Assembly (NCBI RefSeq): GCF_009914755.1 | Contig: NC_060936.1 | From: the human T2T-CHM13v2.0 reference genome, Homo sapiens | DNA length: 64,000 nt | Reading direction: 5' to 3' (one strand) | Shown here: one piece after another, positions 44,144-56,572 of the stretch | How positions within the stretch are numbered: the first letter of the stretch is position 1 | Layout: every line of letters starts with the position of its first letter | Made by a program: the position numbers and the translations under genes | Notes under the pieces: model-generated | Told to the model about the DNA's origin: nothing | The model's database searches: none | What the model saw: only the letters and a program-made list of their open reading frames with translations

Positions 44144-44829
44144 GTAAAATAAAACTATAATATTTACTACAAATATTACTTATTTTTCTTAATCACTTTA
44201 CAGTCTATCTGAAATGAGGCATTTGCTCTTCATAAACACTTGGAAACCTAAGTATAGTAGCAAAACAAAAAGGTCACAATTGTTATAGTTCACTTATGTT
44301 ACTGTATTTTCTTCCTGGTGGAAAAAAGAAAGGTAACTAAAATATTTACTTAATACCCTTAAGGGCTCAGGCAGTATGGTGCTTGACATATATTATCTCC
44401 AATTTGTACAAGTAGCCTCTCCATTTCACAGACAATAAAAATGAGGTTTAGCAAACTTAAATAATTTGTCCAAGACCCAATAGTGACTGAATGGCTGAAC
44501 TGGCAATGGGACCTATGTTCGTGTGACCCTTAAGCTTGTTCTTCCTGCACTGATTCCAGGGGCTTTATTCCTCTTGGCAGTGTCTCTAATTAATTTCACT
44601 TTAATGTAGTTTAAAAGGTAGAAATGCAAATAGAAATTGTCAGTCATTTTAAGAAGAAATGTACGGAAAAGAGATTTTTTTTTTGCAATTATTTTTGGAC
44701 GGTGAGATTACCTCTCACTTCCAGAAAAAAATAGCATCTGGACACATTCCTGGGGCATTAAATGGACATCTGGACACATTCCTTGTATCAGGAAATTTAT
44801 TCTGAAATGCAGTAAAATAACTGGGCTAA

Positions 44830-45520
44830 AGCATACATAATATTTGCCATCTTAACCATTTTTAAGTATGCAGTTCAGTGGCATTAAGTATGTTTACATT
44901 GTTGTGCTACTATCATCACCTTCCATCTCAAGAATTGTTTTCATTTTATAAAACTGAAATGCTACCCATGAAACAACTCCTTATTCTCCCACCACCAGCC
45001 CCTTGTAACCAGCATTCTCCTGTCTCTATGAATTTGACTACTCTAGGTATTTCATATAAGTAGAATCATACAGTGTTTATTTTTTGTGACTGGCTTATTT
45101 CACTTAGCATAATGTCCTTAAGGTTCATTCATGTTGGTTGCATGTATCAGAATTTTATTCCTTTTTAAAGCTGAGTAATATTCCATTGCATGTATCTAGC
45201 ACATCTTGTTTATCCAGTCAACCATTGCTGGACAGTTGGGTTGCTTTCATCTTTTGACTATTGCGAATAATGCCACTGTAAACAGGCATGAACAGATATC
45301 TGAGGCTGTGCTTCCACAGAAGTGGAATTACTGGATGATATGGAAATTCTGATTTTTTGAGGAGCCACTATACTGTTTTGCATAGTGGCTGCAGACATTT
45401 ACCTTTCTACCAACAGTGCACAAAGGTTCCAGTTTTTCAATTTCCTCACCAGCACTTATTTTCTGCTTTTTTCTGTTTGGATTTTTGTTTTTGTTTTTGG
45501 ATAGTAGCCATTCTAATGGA
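44830..45520 (-). mobile_element. L1MB-like 3' end
   Basis: catcttaaccatttttaagt...tgactggcttatttcacttagcataatgtcc. Confidence 0.7.
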
Positions 45521-46701
45521 TGTAAATAAATTGCATTTTTTATGTTTACTGGTAAAAAAGAAACAAAAGGTCCATTGAACCAGAAACGATAATACAGTTT
45601 TAATCTGGTTCTTCATATTATTTATCTGGATAGCTAATAAGTAGCACAGAATATTTGGACCACTGTGCAGCAGTTTCTTTATAAACCTTGGATTTGTATA
45701 CTTGAGAAAACTGTAAAAGATTTTTTAGACTTTGATGTCTATTAAGAAACTATAGTGTGTATCATTATGCGTGAGGACGGCAAACTGGGTTAGAATTTAA
45801 CTGCTAAACTCAAGTCACAGAACCCAAAGTGACAATGCTTACAAATCCACATTTATTACTACTAAAGAATTACTACTAAATTATTACTACTAAGGCATTA
45901 AAAGTAAAGATGTGTATTATAGCCAAGGACTGTCTCACAGTAAGGAGTATGGAGAGGCCAAGTAAAAGCTACTATTGTTCCCTGCTTTAGAGCCTTGGCA
46001 GGACACATTTTCTTAGATCAGGAACCACTTATGTGTGCAGGCAAACAGCTTGGAACCAGGGAATGCAAAATGGACTCACAGCTGGAGATTTTTATATTTT
46101 TGCTGGTCACGTAGGTAGGCAGCTGATGCTCAGCTTCAACAGCAGAGCCCTCCAGGGTTCTCAGACCAAGCTATCAGTCTCACTCCTACCAATAAAGAAT
46201 ACTAGCACAGTGCCCTGCAACTCCTCAGATCCATGAGTACAAATCAACATTATTAGTATTTTCATGCCTTGATCAGGGGTCAGTGCCATGCAGAACAGCT
46301 CAGCCTGATTCCAGATGTGTCAGAATTAACCCTTACAGCACAGTGTTATGTTTGGGGGGAAGGGGTGGGGTAAATACAGTTATCTGGTTATGTTTCCATT
46401 TTGAAGAGGTAGCTTCAGTTGTCCATAAATGCTGCTAACTCATACAATATGACTATGCAGTGTCCTTATAAAAAAGATCATATATTTACTTTTTGTCTCA
46501 TCCCCCTCATTCTTTAACCAGAGAAATAAGTCTTCTCATAGCATCAGGTACTGCTAGGAGGTATATATTCTTAGACTCCATATTTCCCTTTGTCTTCTTT
46601 GAGAAATTAGCCTCCTGTTTGTTGACAAACTGTATTCTGAAATGTCTTTCAAGATAAGTTTTGTTTGCATCATACTTTTCCTTTTGTTATTACTTTTTTA
46701 G

Positions 46702-46797
46702 ATCAGCCATACCTTTGGGCTCGACTAGATAGAAAACCCAACAAACAAGCTGAAAAAAGATTTAAAAATTTTCTACATTCAAAAGAAAACCCAAAAG
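46702..46797 (+). CDS. RLIG1: RLIG1 exon 3 ([13 protein letters not shown]...ENPK)
   Basis: ttttttag acceptor; G|gttagt donor; phase 1-1. Confidence 0.95.
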
Positions 46798-47475
46798 GTT
46801 AGTTTTTTTTTAACTTTTCATGTTTAAATAGCTGAAATTTGTGGCATATTTATTGCTGTGGTATTTCTATACATTATATCCTTCTGTGTAATTTAAGCAA
46901 TTTAGGAAAACTATAATTGAATACTTTTATATATAAAAGGATATTATTGAAAAATATTGTAAAATATTTTTGTAATATTTGTCACTTCTTTATAGTATGA
47001 GTCTATTAAAACATACAAATTACTGCATATTGAAATGAGTGACATTTTGTGTAAGAGACAAATACGTAATTTTATAAATCAAGTACAAATCTCAGGAAAT
47101 TAATATTTTTAATTATTAAAATGCTTTTAAATATCTGTAGTAGATACTCATTGTATATCTATGCATTCATGTATTTATGTTTATATTTGTATTCATAGTA
47201 TATTAAAAATTCATAAATCTAATACTTAATGGAATATGATTACTTTAGTTTGACTGTTAAATACTGTATACAAATGGCGTATATGAAATTGAATATTTAA
47301 ATTGTTAGTACCCTAATCTTAAGTACAGTCATGTTGTGGTGATAATGAATGGAGAATAATTGTATCACACCTGATATTATGAGGTTTTAGTAGCTGTTCC
47401 CATTTTGAGTCTGTTTAGTATTTTACGTTTTTTAAGTATCACCACATACAATATTATCTTTTTAATATTTTTTAG

Positions 47476-47592
47476 AATTTTTTTGGAACGTTGAGGAGGA
47501 CTTCAAACCAGCTCCGGAGTGCTGGATACCAGCAAAGGAGACAGAACAAATAAATGGGAACCCAGTGCCTGATGAAAATGGACACATTCCTG
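47476..47592 (+). CDS. RLIG1: RLIG1 exon 4 ([12 protein letters not shown]...DENGHIP)
   Basis: ttttttag acceptor; G|gtatca donor; phase 1-1. Confidence 0.95.
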
Positions 47593-47867
47593 GTATCATG
47601 ATATCTCTTCTAGTGCAGTTTTGTGTTTACTAGTAAAATGATCAAAATATCCATTCAATCAGAAATTACAGAATTTTAATCTGGGTCTTCATTAATATGT
47701 ATAGCACAGAATTTCTGAATCAAATTTATGTAAAGTCCTACATACATTTTATATCAAAGATGTTTCATATCAAGAATGTCCTCTTAGGTTTAGAATCTTT
47801 TCTAAGATGGGCATTTTTTACTAGCTGTAGTCTGTGACAATAAAGCGTCAAAAGAGAATAGCCTTGA

Positions 47868-48160
47868 GGCCAGGTGCAGTGGTCACACCTGTAATCCCAG
47901 CACTTTGGGAGGCTGAGGTGGGTGGATTGCTTGAGCCTAGGAGTTTTAAGACTAACCTGGGCAACATGGCAAAACCCTGTCTCTACCAAAAATACAAAAA
48001 ATTAGTTGGGCATGGCATTGTGCGCCTGTAGTCTCAGCTACTCGGGAGACTAATGTGGGAAACACCTAAGCCCCGGAAGTTGAGACTGCAGTGAACCATG
48101 ATCGTGCCACTGCACTCTAGCCTGAGAGTTGGACTGTGACCTTGTCTCAAAAAAACAACA
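47868..48160 (+). mobile_element. AluJ-like element
   Basis: ggccaggtgcagtgg...cctgtaatcccagcactttgggagg, both arms present. Confidence 0.85.
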
Positions 48161-48592
48161 AAAGAAGAGGGAATAGCTTCCAAGTTCTTGTCAGGATAGA
48201 TGAGATGATCTAGTCTGAAATGAGATTTCAAGAAGTGGCTATACCTTTAGATTAGGGATGGGAAAATTTTGCGAAGGTATGCTGAATAGGAAGATATCCC
48301 AGATTAAGGTTATAGGTTCTCAACCGGCATGTCTTGAGTGCCCATTATGTGCAAAGTCCTCTTAGTTTCTGGTAATACAAAAATGAAGGTCAGAACCCTT
48401 GTCCTCAATGATCTTTAATTAGACATTGGGAGAAATTAACCAATAATAGTATGATTTAAGAACTAACAGGAATGAATACATCAGGTGCCACTGGAGAAAA
48501 GAGGAATTCCTCATTCAGCTTGTGGTTAGTGGAGGCTCCCAAGAGGAGTAGACATCTGTACTGAAGCTTAAGGACCAGGAAGTCAGCTGACA

Positions 48593-48667
48593 AGGAAGAG
48601 GGAAGATCAGCTTAGGCAAACTCCCAGGAAGAGGGAATATCAGCTTAGGCAAACTCCCAGGAAGAGG
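48593..48667. repeat. 33-nt tandem duplication, about 2.3 copies
   Basis: aggaagagggaa(g/t)atcagcttaggcaaactccc at 48593 and 48626. Confidence 0.9.
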
Positions 48668-49458
48668 AGAGGGCATGGGGTATTTTGAATATTTTATGTA
48701 ACACTTTATTGCAGCTAGAATGTTCAGGGTATATGACATCATGAAGTGGCTGTAAAAGTTGAGGCTAGAAGTGTGGTGGGCTCAGATCGGAAAGGCCCTT
48801 TTATTCCATCTAAAGGAGTTTGAAGTTTATCCTGAAGATAATGGTTTTTAATCAGTGGTACAGCAAAAGCAAATTTAAGTTTTAGAAATAGAACTATGAT
48901 AAAAGTGGGTTGGATTTCACTGGAGGCTAGGTGACCAGCAAAGAAGTTATTACAGTAATCTAGTGTGAGTAATGAAGGAATTCTGGCAATAAGAATGAGA
49001 AGGGTAATAGCAATAACATTCAATAAACGTGGCATCAGTAAATTGTTCGGTATATATTGGAACATTTTAATAAACTTGGAACACTTAACTGCATTATGTC
49101 CATTGTCCCTGAAGCTTGAGAGAAGGCAGAGAGAAAACTTATTTTATATAAAAAATTTTGAGTGCTGTGTCTTAGAATAATGTTCAGTTCTTAATGAATA
49201 AGGGTGAATTTTCTAGTAAGAGAATGCTAGGTGCTGTGTAGTGAATAATAGGTTAATTCTACAGAATAAAAAATGAACCCTTATGATTTTTTAAAAAGTA
49301 ATAAACTGTTAACTTTCCCACTGAATTTTAAAGTAATATCTCTTTGCGATAGACACCCAGAAAACATGAGAAATTTACAACAAAAATATAAATTACCTGT
49401 AGTGTCAGTCCAAAGAAAAACGATCTAATAACAAATAATTTTCTTCTTTATATGATAG

Positions 49459-49656
49459 GTTGGGTACCAGTAGAGAAAAACAACAAACAGTATTGCTGGC
49501 ATTCCTCTGTAGTTAATTATGAATTTGAAATTGCCCTGGTACTAAAACATCATCCTGATGATTCTGGACTTTTGGAAATTAGTGCAGTGCCACTTTCAGA
49601 TCTCTTAGAACAAACACTGGAACTCATAGGAACAAATATCAATGGAAACCCATATG
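49459..49656 (+). CDS. RLIG1: RLIG1 exon 5 (GWVPVEK...[15 protein letters not shown]), contains E195
   Basis: gatag acceptor; G|gtgagt donor; phase 1-1. Confidence 0.95.
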
Positions 49657-50299
49657 GTGAGTGAAGACTTTTTCTTGTTCAGTTATTGTAACTGACATTT
49701 ATAAAGAGAACTTTCTAGGTCAACTTAAAAAACATACACACACTAAAGAAATGACTAACAAATTTGAGTTAGTTTCCTAGGATTATATCCATTTCTGTTA
49801 ACTTTACATTCACAGAGAAATGAAACCATTTTATTAATCCAAAAGGTTGATTTTTATCCTCATTCTTTCCTGTAATAACATTACACAACTATATATGAAA
49901 AGTAATGACTCAGTTGTAACCCCCTTGCTTTTAAAAATTCAGGTGAGTTGAGTCGATTGATGAAAATGCACTTTTCATGGTTATTATAGCATCAATTTAA
50001 ATAGCCAACGGTATAAAGAATTGGCAATGAATAATACCATGTTAAGTATCAAAATATATATCATGATGAATTGAGTGCAAGTACTGAGAGCACTATGGGT
50101 TACACCTTGCTGACAAGGGGATGGGAAGACAGACCTAAGGATGCTAAAGCTATAATAGGAAAATCCTATATAGAGATCAAAAGAAGACTGCCAGGTGTAA
50201 AGAAGCTAAGATGGTAGTTAGACAAGTTATCAGAGATACAGTGCAGCTGTTTGGCAAACGTTGAAGAATAGTTGAATGTGGCCAGTGCCACACTGGTAC

Positions 50300-50485
50300 C
50301 AAAGGTTGGTAGACTTTTTCTGCCAAATGCCAGAGTAGGTATTTTAAGTTTTGTAGGCCACTCTTCTGAAAGGAGCTACAGACAGTACTTACATGAGTGG
50401 GTGCGGCTGTGTTCATGGAAAACTATTTACAAAAAAAGGTATCTGTCCAGACTTGACCTGCAGGTCATAGTTTGCTGAACCGTGG
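50300..50485. mobile_element. MER58A-like DNA transposon remnant
   Basis: ttttctgccaaatgccagagtaggtattttaagttttgtaggcca...ggctgtgttc...catagtttgctgaacc. Confidence 0.6.
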
Positions 50486-50684
50486 TGGAGAGTACACCAA
50501 GGTGGAATTTAGAGTTATTGGAATAAGGTGCCAGTGCACTGGGTTATATTCTTTTTAAGGAAACCAACCAGCCTTTCTACCTTTATTCCTAAGTGTTTCA
50601 AAAGACTTTATTTGAAGAGGTACGTTTTCTAGTTCTGAAAGTTCCTTTAAATGAATATGGCTAATGGCAAATTTTCCCACTTAG

Positions 50685-50854
50685 GGTTAGGGAGCAAGAA
50701 ACATCCATTACATCTTCTTATACCACATGGAGCATTTCAAATAAGAAATCTACCTTCATTGAAGCACAATGATCTCCTGTCCTGGTTTGAAGATTGCAAA
50801 GAGGGTAAAATTGAAGGAATAGTGTGGCATTGCAGTGATGGCTGTTTAATAAAG
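50685..50854 (+). CDS. RLIG1: RLIG1 exon 6 (GLGSKKHP...[16 protein letters not shown]), contains E250 and K263
   Basis: ttttcccacttag acceptor; AAG|gtaatg donor; phase 1-0. Confidence 0.95.
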
Positions 50855-52111
50855 GTAATGGCAAAAATAGCTCCGGTGGGGTTATGTCATCTTATATTCC
50901 TACAATAGAGTAGAAGTGACACTAAAATTCTCTCTACAAATGGCAGCAATTCTTATTTGCAGTAAAGAAATTTAATTTTCTCATCCCATGTACCACCATT
51001 TTTTAAGAGGTAAAACAGTGCTTCCCAGTGTGTATTGTGTGGGGCATCGATCATAACAGGTGTGCTTCAGAATTAAAGTGATAACTATATATCCCCTGCG
51101 TGGAAATTCATGTTGCACAGTAGTGCTCTCAGAGACATCTTGTACTAACTTAACTCAGCATCTCCCAGACTTGAGTGTAGAATCTGTTGAGTAAAAAGAG
51201 TGCCAAGGTAGCAGTTGATATATACAGAATGAATTATCTTATACTTTGTTCCCTTTCTGTCTCCTGGACTTGTCTGTTTGATTTCTCACAGGTACCTGAA
51301 ATTCATAATATTCAAAACTGGGCCTAGTTGTAACTCTCTGAGTCCACATAATTCACTGAAGTAAAAACTTGGATATTAATTTTAACCCCTCTTTTCATTA
51401 CTTCATACATCCAGTTATCAATTCCTAACAGTTCTAATCTATGTACTTCTTCCCAACTGTTAATTTTAATTTAAGCCAAGATTCATGCTTTAACTATCAT
51501 ATCACCCTCCAAAAATAGTATCTTTCAGTTTTAGCCCTGTCCTCTCCATTCTTCACAAATGAATGAGCATATTACTTTCCTGCATAAATCTGTTCAGTTA
51601 CATTAAACATTCATGATCTGGCCCCTACTTAATTTCCCAGAACTGCTCTCCACCTCTGCCCCCGCAAACACACTCACACTGTGTTTGCTGTAACCATATT
51701 TACATGATTGCAATTAGAGCAAAAAACTCCATTCTATCATATAACATTCCTTTCAATTAGAATGCCTCCTTGCCCACATTTTTCAGGTAGCTAGTCTGTA
51801 CTCAGCAACAGGCTCTATGATTCATAACATTTTATGGAGCCCCTGATAATGTTCCTGGCATGTTTCCAGGTGCTGGACATACACAGTCAACAAAACAAGG
51901 TGTCTGCCTTCATGAAGCTCACATTCTAATGGGGAAGATAGACAATAAACAAATATGTAATATGTCAGGAGAAGACCAGCTATAAAAAAAAAAACAGTAA
52001 GATAAAGTGGAGTCTTACCCAGTACCTGGCAGACAGTGGGCACTCAAATATTTCTAAGTGAATGAAGATAGTATCTGTATGCTAAAGCTAATACCTTTTT
52101 TCTCTTTCCAG

Positions 52112-52300
52112 GTCCATCGCCATCATCTTGGCTTATGCTGGCCAATTCCAGATACTTACATGAATTCAAGACCAGTTATTATCAACATGAACCTGAACAA
52201 ATGTGACTCTGCCTTTGATATTAAGTGTTTGTTTAATCATTTTTTAAAAATAGATAATCAGAAATTTGTTAGACTCAAAGATATAATATTTGATGTATAA
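52112..52300 (+). CDS. RLIG1: RLIG1 exon 7 coding part ([11 protein letters not shown]...DIIFDV*)
   Basis: ttttttctctttccag acceptor; TAA at 52298-52300. Confidence 0.95.
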   Translation, partial: VHRHHLGLCWPIPDTYMNSRPVIINMNLNKCDSAFDIKCLFNHFLKIDNQKFVRLKDIIFDV

Positions 52301-52915
52301 AATGCAAATAAAATTAGTTTATCATTATATTCTAATCTTGAATATTCTACCATATTTAAAAATATCTCAAGGTTTCTGTTCATTATGAAACATCAATATG
52401 TTTTCTACCATTTGTGAAGAAATGAATTTTCCAGTTTCAAGTACCTATTCAAAATTTTATTAAAAACCAGCAAATTAATTTTAATCTCTAGCCATAAAAA
52501 CATAAGTAATAGTAAGCTCCTAAGCTTGGACAAAGGCTGGATTCTCTTCACTATAACTGAGTGGTAATTTAAAGACAACAATTTAATGTCACTAATTTTC
52601 AAAATTAAATAGTTTAAGCTCAATTTAATTTTGCTAGATATTTAACAAAACATACGGCTCAACCTCATAACCTATATGTGTGTATGTCTACATCTGTGTA
52701 TATATCATAGGATTTGAGAATCTTAACACATGTATAAATAAGTATATATAAACTCCAATTTTAAATCTTAAAATTGCTGAATTTACCCTCATATTCTTTA
52801 AAAAACTTAAAGCATTATGAATGTAGAGAAATTCACCAGAGCTCACTGCCTATTTGATGGCTGTAACAAGTCTTCAAGTATATACTTTTATAATAAGTTG
52901 AAAATTTCATATAAT

Positions 52916-52925
52916 TTTATTTATT
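52916..52925 (-). terminator. CEP290 polyadenylation signal (overlapping AATAAA pair)
   Basis: Plus-strand tttatttatt = minus-strand AATAAATAAA, about 140 nt after the CEP290 stop. Confidence 0.7.
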
Positions 52926-53061
52926 AAGAATTCCAATCTAAGTATAAAGGTACAAGGTAGTGAGAAGGAAATACTACAGTTCGGAGAACTGCTTATTTCC
53001 AAGTATATTTAACTTATAAAGTTAATAAATAGTTAAATGAAACAAAGTTTATAGGTGACCT

Positions 53062-53292
53062 TTAGTAAATGGGGAAATTAACAGGACTTTCTTCTTCATC
53101 TTCAAACTCTTCAGAAGCAGCAACAGGGCTAGTTAATTCAACTCCCAATTGTTCTGAAAGTTTTTTTACCTTCTCTTCTAAGAGAATATTCTTCTTCACT
53201 TCTTCCTTGTAATTATACTTAAGATCTTCAATTTCTTCAAAAAATGAAGGATCAAAATTTTCCAGTTCTTTTTTCAGCTTCTTTATTTCCTC
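53062..53292 (-). CDS. CEP290: CEP290 terminal exon (54): EEIKKLKKELENFDPSFFEEIEDLKYNY...PVNFPIY*
   Basis: Recognised CEP290 C-terminus; ccattag acceptor; TAA at 53062-53064. Confidence 0.96.
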   Translation of the reverse strand, partial: EEIKKLKKELENFDPSFFEEIEDLKYNYKEEVKKNILLEEKVKKLSEQLGVELTSPVAASEEFEDEEESPVNFPIY

Positions 53293-54015
53293 CTAATGGA
53301 AACATTATCTTTAAAAGTTGCATATAGGAAATATACATATTTTACGTTTGAACAAGGAGATTTAATTGTAAATATGAAAGCCAAAGTATTCCTGAATGGT
53401 CAAATACAGCAATAAAGGCAGAAGAATTAAGATTTTTCTTTGTTCCATTGTACAGTGTAAATAACTAAGTTGTTAACTGTCAAGTCCAGTTATGTATTCT
53501 GTAAGTTGTGTTCTAGTCTTTGACTAAAATTTATCATCTCTTATAATGGGACTTAATCTTTCTCTAAAAGCATATAAGAGCTTGTCAATAGAGCAATCAA
53601 TCAAAAAGATTTTGTGATTCATAACATTGAAGTTAGTCTGGTTAAGAGTTTTGGTTTAGACTTCATTTATATTTTCCTTACTAATATCTAATATTTAATG
53701 AATAATGATCAATTTTTTATAAAGTTATTAATATGATCAGGGAAACCTTTGGGACTTCTGACAGGCATCTGGTGAAGAGACAATTCAAGCCTTAGTGACT
53801 ATTTAGAATAGCCAGTGATCACTAGCTAATTCTCATATCCATGCCTTTTTGTCCTGTTTACAGTCTTAAAAGAGGTAAAACAGCAAATATTTTTTTAAGG
53901 GAACTATAACCTTAGGATTCCTGAAAAGAATTTCAAAAAAAAAATAAAGACACTGTTGCCAATGTGACCCAAAACTTAAGAACATACTAATGGCATATAT
54001 TTGTTACAATTAAAA

Positions 54016-54021
54016 AATAAA
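54016..54021 (+). terminator. Candidate distal RLIG1 polyadenylation signal
   Basis: AATAAA preceded by ATTAAA and followed by a GT/T-rich tract (tgttgagtctgaattttttgtt). Confidence 0.5.
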
Positions 54022-54231
54022 TTTACTACTTAATCCTATGTTGAGTCTGAATTTTTTGTTAACTCTAATATGTTAGGAATAGTCAGATGAACATAATTAA
54101 CTTTGCAATATAAAGGTCAAATATAAGATGTTATTACTGAATTTTTTAGGATACGTAGTTAAAGATGGTAATGAAAATAGTTTTCAACAGCTGTTTTCAC
54201 AAAACGATACTAAAATATAATTAAATATTAC

Positions 54232-54311
54232 CTTCAAATGCTGCTTTTCTAGATCTGACATTTTGAGCTGTGTCTCTAGATCTTTTATTTTTTCCTTTAG
54301 TTGATCAGCAT
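54232..54311 (-). CDS. CEP290: CEP290 exon 53 (DADQLKEKIKDLETQLKMSDLEKQHLK), 80 nt
   Basis: ttttcaacag acceptor; AAG|gtaata donor; phase 1-0. Confidence 0.95.
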
Positions 54312-55036
54312 CTGTTGAAAAAGTCATACAAATTAGACTCAGCTTTTTCCCACTACGAATGAGTTCAAGGTAATGGATTTGTTCTAGAGAACAGAGATAC
54401 ATTTTATGAAACCTAGAACCTGGAAAACACTGGATGTTATGGCTGAAATACTTCAGGATGTAAACACTTAATGCTGCCTCCCTCCATCAAGTATTATAAT
54501 TTCATAGCAGGCAGAAAGAGGTATGTGCTAGGTATTAGAAGTGTAGGCCAAGTTATTTTTTCTTCACATGATAGAAATTTTACATGGAAAAAATCCTAAA
54601 GCCAGGGAAACTTGTTAGGTACTAAAAGTACAACAGAAGAAAAGCAGACTGTTGGGTAAGAGACTATAACCATAAGCTAGCCAAATGCTCCCACTATCCA
54701 ACACAACACTGGCTATTCCATGTAGGTTATTACACATTTACTGTGCAATTACTATGTGCAAAACGTGTCATGCAGGCTGTGTAATACAAAGATAAGTAAG
54801 ACATAGCCCTGATACTTTGGTAGGAAAACAAAAGTCTCCAAATATAGCACAAAAGTTCTAATTTATTGGATTCACCCTCCAAGTTAACACCTCTAACTTT
54901 ATCAGCAGGCAAATAGGATTTTTGCTTTAATGCTATCTTTGCTAGATATCTCTTTTCTTTATATTATACTACATTTAATAAGTCATATTTTACAGCCATT
55001 GAAAAATAATAAAATACTAAAAGTTTGCGAAAGTAA

Positions 55037-55379
<343 letters not shown>

Positions 55380-55569
55380 GGTATAAATATCTTAAAAGTT
55401 ATCTTGCCATTTATATAGACAGTGATTTAGAATTTCCAAAACAGTTCTGGTTTGATCTTAAGCCTTAATCTTTGAAAAATGACAGGTAATCTGTCTACTT
55501 AGGAAATAAGGAATTTTGAGGGTTCAGAAATTCCCTTAAGAAACTGAGGAATGGAAAGATTAGAGAACT

Positions 55570-55661
55570 ATCTATGGCCATATGACCCTTAATGCACATG
55601 CACCTGATCTCTGATCTCAGAAGCTAAGCACTGTTGGGCCTGGTTAGTATATGGATGGAAG
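55570..55661 (+). pseudogene. 5S rRNA pseudogene, 3'-truncated (RNA5SP-type)
   Basis: tctatggccatatgaccctt...ctgatctcagaagctaagca..gttgggcctggttagta..tggatgg aligns to 5S rRNA nt about 1-90 with CpG decay. Confidence 0.9.
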
Positions 55662-56504
55662 GAAAATTATAAAATTTTCCTCACATCAACAGCATTAATA
55701 CTGTGTCTAGTGTACATACCAAGCTGGCTGCTATGAGACATATTTTGAGAGTATTTAATATGTACTTTTAGTTACCAAGACGTAGCATAGCATAGCGGGT
55801 TAAGGACTAGGAATGCCAAGGAGCTGTGGAGTTTCATACATTTAGATTTTAATCCTGCCTCTATTTCCTAGCTGGCTTAGGGAATGGTTACTTAACCACT
55901 TTGAATTTGTTTATCACATAAAATGGAGACAGTAATACCTATCATATATGGTTGTAAATATAGAATGCTTGTAAGGCAATTAGCATAGTGTCTAGTACAA
56001 CTCACACATGATGGCTTTTATTACAAATTAGTAATAGGACTACATAGCATACTGAAAAAGCTACAAGAGATAGTCAAAGATAGTTCAGATATAAATTGGT
56101 ATAATCCTTTGGAGAGAATGGCATCTCTATCATCCTATCACAATGGCATAATTAGGTCAATAGATTAATCATATTTTATAGAAGCAGAAACTTGGAAGCA
56201 AACTAAATATCCATCAAAACATAAATGGTTCGATGTGCTTATACATGCAATAATACACTATGGAATTATTAAATGGATGAGATAATTTATGAACAGACCT
56301 CAAAAGATGTCCATGATAAACTGTTAAAGGCAAATATGCTAGAAATGTGTATAGTATTAGTTCAATTTTATGTTACTTGCCAAGAAAATATATATACGTA
56401 AATGCAAACAAAGTATTCTCTATCCATAGTAGTTTTGGTCTATAAAGTTAGCCCAATTAGTGAATATCAAACCACTGCTGCTACGGGAAATATGTACAGA
56501 CATG

Positions 56505-56572
56505 CATATATATACATACACACATATATATACATACACGCATATATATACATACACCTACATATCTCACAC
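56505..56572. repeat. (TA/CA)n microsatellite
   Basis: catatatatacatacacacatatatatacatacacgcatatatatacatacac. Confidence 0.85.

Larger units (their letters stand above)
39527..52300 (+). other. RLIG1: C12orf29 / RLIG1 gene, ATP-dependent 5'-3' RNA ligase; 7 coding exons, 978 nt, 325 aa
   Basis: Exons 90+118+96+117+198+170+189 nt splice at GT-AG sites into one [18 protein letters not shown]...LKDIIFDV*; nucleotidyltransferase motifs present. Confidence 0.96.
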
